DNA from: Candidatus Auribacterota bacterium
GTDB lineage: Bacteria; Auribacterota; UBA6266
Direction of reading: 5' to 3'
Assembly: GCA_023136205.1 (NCBI GenBank)
Contig: JAGLRQ010000029.1
Span: 1-24,201 of the forward strand
Length of the DNA: 24,201 nucleotides
The notes below the pieces were generated by a model, which was not told where the DNA came from, did not search any database, and saw only the letters and a list, made by a program, of their open reading frames with translations. The first letter of the stretch is position 1. Each line of letters starts with the position of its first letter. A program made the position numbers and the translations under genes. Shown here in pieces: positions 8,635-14,913 of the stretch.

Positions 8635-9492
8635 TCATCTTTTCAAGTAGTGTTCTTCTATGTCTTCTTCTCTTTCTTCTTCGTTCCCTTCGTCTCTTCC
8701 TTCTTCTTTTATCCTATCTTCAATGTCTTCCATTTCTCTAATCTCAAAAAAGTCTTCTCTTTCTCCAATCTTTGATTCAATCCAACCCTGCTCTCGCGCG
8801 GCTCTATCCATCTGCTGAACCAGGGGCTGCTTTTTTTGAGTCTCAGTTAAAAATTTTCTCAAACCCTTCCTCCATAAGTCCCATGACCGCCGCTCTTTAT
8901 CTGTCACCTCTAAAGTTTTTTGTGGTTTCTGAAATTTTTTCACAATAGTTTTAAAGTTTTGATTAACGATCAACTCTCCGCTCATTGCCTGGCCATTTTT
9001 ATCAAGACCCTTTACGAAAATAAAGTTTTGGTGGCAGGCAGCCGTCGTGTGGGAATCAAAGTCCACTCCCCAGCCTGTTCCCCGGGCGCCGCAGATAGCC
9101 GTGGGCGTACGAATTTCAAAACTTGATTTGTCTCCCAATGATTTAATTAGAGAATAGACTTTGCCCTTATCTAAATTTACATTAACTATTGGGCGTAAGT
9201 CTTTGAGAACTATACTGGTATTGCTGAAAACCTTTATTATTTGTTCTGTTTCTCTTGAAAAAGAGAGTTCCGCGTATGAGCCCCATCCTCCGGTCTTTAT
9301 TCTGTCATCTCTAAATAACTTCATGCCCGCTTTGGCATTCATCCATTCGGCTTCGTCTGCCTGCAGAATTGTAACCCGCCCTTTGAGCCGCAAAATCAGA
9401 GCGTAATCTTCTTCCGCGTAAACAAAATCGCAAATAAAAAAAGAAAGGACAGCTGCACTCAAGATAAAAAACCTAAAAGTTTTACTCCTCAT
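8635..9492 (-). CDS. Secreted FecR-domain protein with an acidic C-terminal tail
   Basis: 285 aa with a signal peptide (MRSKTFRFFILSAAVLSFFICDFVYAEE). FecR-like segments are LKGRVTILQ...W..AKAGMKLFRDDRIKTGGWGSYAELSF and IRTPTAICGARGTGWGV. The last ~35 aa are Glu/Asp-rich (EDIEDRIKEEGRDEGNEEEREEDIEE). Confidence 0.75.
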   Translation of the reverse strand: MRSKTFRFFILSAAVLSFFICDFVYAEEDYALILRLKGRVTILQADEAEWMNAKAGMKLFRDDRIKTGGWGSYAELSFSRETEQIIKVFSNTSIVLKDLRPIVNVNLDKGKVYSLIKSLGDKSSFEIRTPTAICGARGTGWGVDFDSHTTAACHQNFIFVKGLDKNGQAMSGELIVNQNFKTIVKKFQKPQKTLEVTDKERRSWDLWRKGLRKFLTETQKKQPLVQQMDRAAREQGWIESKIGEREDFFEIREMEDIEDRIKEEGRDEGNEEEREEDIEEHYLKR

Positions 9493-9523
9493 AATTCTTC
9501 ATCTCCCTTTCTAATGGGATTAT

Positions 9524-9859
9524 TCATTTGAAACTCTCAACAGCCTGCCGGGCCTCTGGATAAAATTCAAACATCTGCTCCAGTTTTGTTATTTCAAAAA
9601 CACTCTTGACCATTTCCTGGAGATTAGCTAACTTAAGCTGGCCGCCGGAACTCTTTAGTTTTTGCAGTATTTCGACTAAAGTAGCTAACCCGGAACTATC
9701 CATATAGGTTACTTTCTCTAAATCCAGAATCAGTTTTCTGGCTTGCTCATCAATCAGTTTAATAAAAGATTTCCTTAATTCAGGAGAATTACTAAAGGTA
9801 ATCTCTCCTTTTAACCTGCATATAAAAACATCGCCATCCTTATCTATGTTTATTTTCAT
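9524..9859 (-). CDS. STAS-domain anti-sigma-factor antagonist (RsbV/SpoIIAA-like)
   Basis: 111 aa with the YMDSSGLATLV motif, identical in its core to the phospho-serine site DSSGL of SpoIIAA/RsbV. Its ATG forms an ATGA overlap with the upstream kinase stop. Confidence 0.9.
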   Translation of the reverse strand: MKINIDKDGDVFICRLKGEITFSNSPELRKSFIKLIDEQARKLILDLEKVTYMDSSGLATLVEILQKLKSSGGQLKLANLQEMVKSVFEITKLEQMFEFYPEARQAVESFK

Positions 9860-10269
9860 TCTTGAATCACCTCTCCTAATTTTTTAATCATTGTAATCAT
9901 GCTGCCTTTCTGGTTAAAACAAACTTTATCCATAAAGTTTTTGATTAAAAAAACTCCCCGTCCGGTAAGCTTATTAATACCTTCTTCAAAGGTAGGGTCC
10001 GGGGTATGTTCATAGTCAAAACCATTCCCTTCGTCTTCAATCGAAATTTTAAATTGTTCCTTATCTATTTCAAAATCTACTTTAATTTTTGCTTCAGGCC
10101 TGAGATTACTGCCATGTTTAACAGCATTAATTAAAGCCTCTTCCACACAAAGCCGAATTTTAAATTTTTTCTCCTCATCAACATTCAGCTCTTTTAAAAT
10201 ACGCAGGATCTTTGAGCTGACAAAGTTAATATTTTTATACTCGCTGTTAATCCGCAATTTTTCTTCCAT
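9856..10269 (-). CDS. Anti-sigma regulatory factor / serine-protein kinase (RsbW/SpoIIAB-like HATPase)
   Basis: N-box EEALINAVKHG, G1 box DEGNGFD and G2-like GRGVFLI. ATG at 10269 lies downstream of AAGGAGG. The ORF track start at 10281 is a GTG too close to the SD. Confidence 0.88.
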   Translation of the reverse strand: MEEKLRINSEYKNINFVSSKILRILKELNVDEEKKFKIRLCVEEALINAVKHGSNLRPEAKIKVDFEIDKEQFKISIEDEGNGFDYEHTPDPTFEEGINKLTGRGVFLIKNFMDKVCFNQKGSMITMIKKLGEVIQE

Positions 10270-10321
10270 CGGTAATCTCACCCCTCCTTGTCACCTCTCG
10301 TATAAGCTAAACTTTTTCATA

Positions 10322-10350
10322 TTTATAGACGATTCGATAGTGTTTATCAA
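10322..10350 (-). promoter_or_regulatory. Sigma70-type promoter of the partner-switching operon
   Basis: Minus strand has TTGATA (10350-10345), a 17-nt spacer, then TATAAA (10327-10322). It lies directly after the PMI stop codon and about 50 nt upstream of the kinase start. Confidence 0.5.
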
Positions 10351-10366
10351 GCTCCCGGACTCCCTC

Positions 10367-11356
10367 TCAAATAGAAGCGTCCCCTTTTCCGGTAACGACA
10401 ACCGCGGATTCTACCGGACGGATATTTTTAAGGAAATAGATTCCTGCTGAGGCCGGGATAACACAGGAATAGGCTTTTGATATTCTTTCAACTACACCGC
10501 CGGCGTATATTTCTACTTCCCCCTCAACACAGGAAACTATATTGAAACTGTCAGATGTCCGCATCTCAATTTTGTCTTTTACATAATAGACGCTGTTGGA
10601 AAAGTACCCGCATTTCACCATATCTCTTTTTTTATTATTCCCTTTTGTCTCATAATTTCCAGCAATAACAGGTTTTTCAGAGTCTTCAAAATTTATTACA
10701 TCAAGAGCTTTCTTTATATGAAGTTCCCTCGGTTTCCCATCAAAGCCAGCTCTGTCCCAATCATAAATTCTGTATGTTATATCCGTATTCTGTTGAATTT
10801 CCAGGAGAACTATCCCCTCGCCAATAGCATGTATTCTTCCTGAAGGTATAAATATCACATCACCGGCGCTCACAGAGAAAGTGTTGAGGGTTTGCGCGAT
10901 CTTATTGTCTTTCATCGCGGAAATAAATCTTTCCCTGTTTATACCGCCCTTAAGCCCCGCGGTAATTTTCGCGCCTTTATCAGCTTCCATAACATACCAC
11001 ATCTCGGTTTTTCCATCACTTCCACCCTCATTCCGGTTCGCGTACTCATCGGCGGGATGAACCTGAACGGAAAGAACGTCCCTCGCGTCTATTACTTTTA
11101 GAAGTATCGGGAAACGATCAACATTAATATTCCCTAAAAAATCTTTGCCGAAACGATGCACCAGCTCAGAAAGGGGCATATCTTTATATTCACCGTTTTC
11201 AACCATAGACATACTGTCTTGCCTGTCGCTTATCTCCCATGACTCTCCAATTTTAATATCCAGGGGAAAAGGTTTTTTATATTTTCCGGCAAGGACAGAA
11301 CCTCCCCACACCCTCTTCTTAAAAACCGGCTTAAATTTAATCGGATATATTTTCAT
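10367..11356 (-). CDS. manA: Type I phosphomannose isomerase (mannose-6-phosphate isomerase)
   Basis: 329 aa with the zinc/cupin motifs LSVQVHP and GKTEMWYV, plus the later IHAIGEG motif. The size is typical of short bacterial class I PMI. Confidence 0.85.
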   Translation of the reverse strand: MKIYPIKFKPVFKKRVWGGSVLAGKYKKPFPLDIKIGESWEISDRQDSMSMVENGEYKDMPLSELVHRFGKDFLGNINVDRFPILLKVIDARDVLSVQVHPADEYANRNEGGSDGKTEMWYVMEADKGAKITAGLKGGINRERFISAMKDNKIAQTLNTFSVSAGDVIFIPSGRIHAIGEGIVLLEIQQNTDITYRIYDWDRAGFDGKPRELHIKKALDVINFEDSEKPVIAGNYETKGNNKKRDMVKCGYFSNSVYYVKDKIEMRTSDSFNIVSCVEGEVEIYAGGVVERISKAYSCVIPASAGIYFLKNIRPVESAVVVTGKGDASI

Positions 11357-11365
11357 ATTTTATTA

Positions 11366-12121
11366 TTATACAACTTTATTGGATAATGTTCCAATTCCTT
11401 CTATTCCCACTTCAAGTACATCACCTTTTTTAACAGGCCCCACACCCGAAGGCGTCCCCGTAAGGATTACATCTCCGGGCAAAAGAGTCATTATTCTTGA
11501 AATGAAACTTACTATGTAACTTACTTTAAATATAAAATTACTTGTTGAAGAACTTTGAACGGCCTTGCCATTTAAGCGCGTGGAAATCTTCAGATTATCC
11601 GGATCAATATTGTCAACACAGCAGGGCCCAAGAGGACAGAATGTATTAAAAGATTTAGCTCTCGTCCACTGTTTGTCTTTTTTTTGCAAGTCCCTCGCGG
11701 TCACATCATTCGCGCAGCAATAACCAAGGATATGCTGAAGGGCATTTTCTTTACTAACGTTAAAAATTTCATGTTTTATTATAATCCCGAGTTCCGCCTC
11801 ATAATCCACTCTCTTTGACATTTCCGGGTAAATAATTTCATCTCCGGCAGCAATAACCGCGGTTGGGGGCTTAAAAAATATTATGGGCTCTTCAGGCAAA
11901 GCCATGTTTAATTCTTCCGCGTGTTTTTTATAATTAAGGCCAACCGCTATTATTTTAGAAGGCAAAGAAGGAGAAAGAATTTTCACATCTTCTTTTTTAT
12001 ATTCTACACCCGTTTTCTCAAATTCCCCAAAAGGAGAACCCTTAATTACAGCCAGGGCACCTTCCTTATCTTCTACTCCGTAGAACTCTCTGTCTCCACG
12101 TAGAAATCTGTACAGTTTCAT
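11366..12121 (-). CDS. Fumarylacetoacetate hydrolase (FAH) family protein
   Basis: 251 aa with VGLNYKKHAEE, the VDYEAELGIII metal-binding motif, and GDVILTGTPSGVGPV near the C-terminus. Its ATG overlaps the rluD stop by 1 nt (TAATG). Confidence 0.88.
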   Translation of the reverse strand: MKLYRFLRGDREFYGVEDKEGALAVIKGSPFGEFEKTGVEYKKEDVKILSPSLPSKIIAVGLNYKKHAEELNMALPEEPIIFFKPPTAVIAAGDEIIYPEMSKRVDYEAELGIIIKHEIFNVSKENALQHILGYCCANDVTARDLQKKDKQWTRAKSFNTFCPLGPCCVDNIDPDNLKISTRLNGKAVQSSSTSNFIFKVSYIVSFISRIMTLLPGDVILTGTPSGVGPVKKGDVLEVGIEGIGTLSNKVV

Positions 12122-13050
12122 TATGATACCCTCCCGTCCAAATAATCAATGGCTTCCGCCATATCCTCCGGAACAGGCGCTTCAAATTTGACAATTTTCT
12201 GTGTCGAAGGAAGGTAAAGCTCAAGCTTTTTTGAATGGAGCATCTGCCTTTTTATTTCAATATCCCCTATTTTATGTCTTCTTGAGCGGGCATAAACACT
12301 GTCCCCCACGATTGGGAAACCTTCGTTGGAAAGATGAACCCTTATCTGATGAGTCCTTCCGGTATGAATAACAGCCGAGACAAGAGAATAACCTTCCCAT
12401 CTCTTTAAAAGGTTAAACGCGGTGCGTGCTTCCTTTCCGGAGGCAACAACAGCCATTTTTTTTCTGTCCCTGGGGCACCTGCCGATAGGTAATATCACTT
12501 CAAATGAGGCCCTGACAACCCTTCCGAAAACAAGAGCGTAATATTCTTTAAGCAGCTTTTTGTCTTTAAACTGCTCTGATAAATATTTGTGCGCTCTATC
12601 ATTTTTCGCGACAACCATAACGCCGGATGTATTCTTATCCAGCCTGTGAACTATTCCCGGCCTTAAAATACCGTTTATACCCGAAAGATCTTTTATATGG
12701 TAAAGAAGAGCATTTACAAGAGTGTGTTCATAATTTCCCGCGGACGGATGAACTACAAGGCCGGCAGGTTTATTCACCACAACGATGTCTTCATCCTCAA
12801 AAATAATATTCAATGGAATATTTTCAGGCAGGACATCCAGAGGCTTAACATCAGGAATTTCGACTTCAACAACATCCCCTTCGGAAAGCTTTTCGCCTGG
12901 TTTGCAAACTAAACCTTTTATTCTTACTTTCTGTTCATCTACAAGCTTTTTTAAAAATGACCGGGAAAAATTCTCTACATTCAAAGATAGAAATTTATCC
13001 ACTCTTGTGCCGGAATTTTCAGCATCAACAATAAGCTTAAATGTTTTCAT
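12121..13050 (-). CDS. rluD: RluA-family 23S rRNA pseudouridine synthase (RluD-like)
   Basis: 309 aa with an N-terminal S4-like domain (RVDKFL...). The catalytic motif is HRLDKNTSGVMVVAK, followed by a later GRTHQIRVH motif. Confidence 0.93.
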   Translation of the reverse strand: MKTFKLIVDAENSGTRVDKFLSLNVENFSRSFLKKLVDEQKVRIKGLVCKPGEKLSEGDVVEVEIPDVKPLDVLPENIPLNIIFEDEDIVVVNKPAGLVVHPSAGNYEHTLVNALLYHIKDLSGINGILRPGIVHRLDKNTSGVMVVAKNDRAHKYLSEQFKDKKLLKEYYALVFGRVVRASFEVILPIGRCPRDRKKMAVVASGKEARTAFNLLKRWEGYSLVSAVIHTGRTHQIRVHLSNEGFPIVGDSVYARSRRHKIGDIEIKRQMLHSKKLELYLPSTQKIVKFEAPVPEDMAEAIDYLDGRVS

Positions 13051-13061
13051 TTTCTACAGCT

Positions 13062-13847
13062 TTATTTTTTTCCACTCTTCACCTTCAGTTTCTTGTTTTT
13101 TCTGATAACCGCCATCATTATTACTCCGGCAATGAAAAGAAAAATACTCATTATCTGAAATACTGTTAATCCGGCAAATGCTTTCTCGTTGTCACCCCTT
13201 AAAAATTCCATACCAAACCTCAAAATCGGGTGCAAAATAAGGTAGAAAGCAAACACTTCGCCTTTTACCTTTCTCTTTTTAAAAATATACGAAAGGAAGC
13301 AGAAAAGAATTAAATTTCCAAATGTATTGTATAACTGAACGGGGTGAAGCGGTATCCCCCAGTATTCTGCCGGCATAAAATCGCGCGGGGGGAAACAAAC
13401 CCCTATCGGAAGGCCCGTAGGAATTCCCCAACAGCATCCGTTAAGGAAACAGCCCAACCGCCCTACTGCCTGCCCCAGGGATAAAGAAGGAGCCACAATA
13501 TCAGCGATATCAAAGGGATCAAGCCTTTTTACACGGCAATAGATATAAACGATGATTATGGATACTATAACTCCGCCAAGGACAACAAGCCCCCCTTTAT
13601 CCATCCTTATAATTTCAGCGGGGTTTTTCGCGTAATAACTAAAATTGAGCAAAACAAAAAACAGCCTCGCTCCCAAAACCCCGGAGAGTATAACAACAAT
13701 TCCAAGGTCAAAAATAACCTGGCTGTCTATTTTAAGTTTTTGAGCCCTGAAAACTGCTGTTACAATAGCCAGTAAAAAGGCAAGCGCGAGCATTGCTCCG
13801 TATGAATAAACTGTAAGCCCGTAAATTTTAAAAATGACCGGATACAT
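13062..13847 (-). CDS. lgt: Prolipoprotein diacylglyceryl transferase
   Basis: 261 aa polytopic membrane protein with YGAMLALAFL, GARLFFVL and the signature GRLGCFLNGCCWG. Confidence 0.93.
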   Translation of the reverse strand: MYPVIFKIYGLTVYSYGAMLALAFLLAIVTAVFRAQKLKIDSQVIFDLGIVVILSGVLGARLFFVLLNFSYYAKNPAEIIRMDKGGLVVLGGVIVSIIIVYIYCRVKRLDPFDIADIVAPSLSLGQAVGRLGCFLNGCCWGIPTGLPIGVCFPPRDFMPAEYWGIPLHPVQLYNTFGNLILFCFLSYIFKKRKVKGEVFAFYLILHPILRFGMEFLRGDNEKAFAGLTVFQIMSIFLFIAGVIMMAVIRKNKKLKVKSGKK

Positions 13848-14403
13848 TTTTCACGTCCTCAGCAGAGTTGCTCTTGCCGATATCATGTCTCCACAGATAG
13901 AACAATATTAGAAACGTACCGGCACATATACAACTATCGGCAATATTAAAAACAGGCCATCTATCAAGAAAAATGCCCGCGAATTCCACATTTATATCAG
14001 GAATATCTACATCTATAAAATCTACAACATAACCCCGAAAGATTCTATCTATAAGGTTGCCAATCGTTCCGCCGGCAAGAAAAGATACACCCATAAAAAA
14101 GTACAGCGGCCCTTTAAGAAAATACTTCTTGAAGAAAAAGACGGCAAACAACGCGGCTAAAGAAAAAAAGATAAAAATAACCCTGAAAAAGGGAATCCCC
14201 TTAAATATTCCAAAAGCCGCTCCGGTGTTTTTTACAAGTGTGATGGAAAAATTCCCGCGGGCAATCAGAAAATTTTCCGCGGGGCCATAGAATTTTAAAA
14301 CATAATACTTGGTGAGCTGGTCAAACAAAATTATAAGAATGACAATTATTATAAAAGATACTATGGATTTATCTTTCTGGCATTTTGTATCCGAAGTCTT
14401 CAT
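13828..14403 (-). CDS. lspA: Lipoprotein signal peptidase (signal peptidase II)
   Basis: 191 aa with the NTGAAFG and FNIADS catalytic Asp motifs and four hydrophobic segments. Its 3' end overlaps the lgt start by 20 nt. Confidence 0.92.
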   Translation of the reverse strand: MKTSDTKCQKDKSIVSFIIIVILIILFDQLTKYYVLKFYGPAENFLIARGNFSITLVKNTGAAFGIFKGIPFFRVIFIFFSLAALFAVFFFKKYFLKGPLYFFMGVSFLAGGTIGNLIDRIFRGYVVDFIDVDIPDINVEFAGIFLDRWPVFNIADSCICAGTFLILFYLWRHDIGKSNSAEDVKNVSGHF

Positions 14404-14474
14404 TCGGCCCTTACCTGAAATATCTAAAGCTGCTTTCAGGTTCTCTTAAAATACATTCGTCTCCGCGTAGATAT

Positions 14475-14861
14475 TTACTTTGTCTTTTTCTCGCTCTTTT
14501 CTTTACAGCTAATACAATATCTCGCGTACACCTTTGCTTTAAGCCTGGTTTTTCCTATAGCAGACCCGCATATCTCGCATTTACCAAACTCTCCGCTTTT
14601 AATTCTTTCCAGCGCGTCATGTATCTCATAAAGAATATCCTGCTCCTTATTCATAAGGTCAAGAGTAAATTCTCTATCATAATTATCAGAACCCGCGTCC
14701 GCGGGATGCAGTGAGTACCCGGATAAATCCCCGGATAAATCTCTCTGTGAATTTTTGAGAATCTCTCTCTCCATGGAAGAAACATCGCCATTAATTCTTG
14801 TCTGTTCTTCTATCAACCTTTTCTGATAAAGGTCCCCTTCTTTCTTTGTTAACTTCGCCAT
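14475..14861 (-). CDS. DksA/TraR-family C4 zinc-finger protein (YlyA-like)
   Basis: C-terminal CEICG...YCISC zinc finger preceded by a coiled-coil region. It lies between ileS and lspA, as ylyA does in B. subtilis. I trimmed the start to the ATG at 14861, which has a strong AGGAGG SD 6 nt upstream. The ATG at 14900 has none. Confidence 0.85.
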   Translation of the reverse strand: MAKLTKKEGDLYQKRLIEEQTRINGDVSSMEREILKNSQRDLSGDLSGYSLHPADAGSDNYDREFTLDLMNKEQDILYEIHDALERIKSGEFGKCEICGSAIGKTRLKAKVYARYCISCKEKSEKKTK

Positions 14862-14913
14862 ACAAATCCTCCTGATTAGACCTCTTCGTACTGCCAACAT
14901 ATTTTTTATGTTT

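Noticed and set aside
8638-8760. Pyrimidine-rich low-complexity tract (TCTTC/TTCCT repeats)
   Set aside because: It is the antisense of GAA/GAG/GAT codons encoding the acidic tail of the FecR-domain protein. It is explained by the coding sequence.
14404-14474. Hairpin CCTGAAA-N13-TTTCAGG between the DksA-like gene and lspA
   Set aside because: It has a 7-bp stem with a large loop and no U-tract, and it sits right before the lspA SD. It is more likely incidental or a minor translational element than a terminator.
14718-14741. Perfect 12-nt tandem duplication CCCGGATAAATC x2
   Set aside because: It lies in frame within the DksA/TraR-like gene and encodes DLSGDLSG. It is a small coding micro-duplication, not a regulatory repeat.
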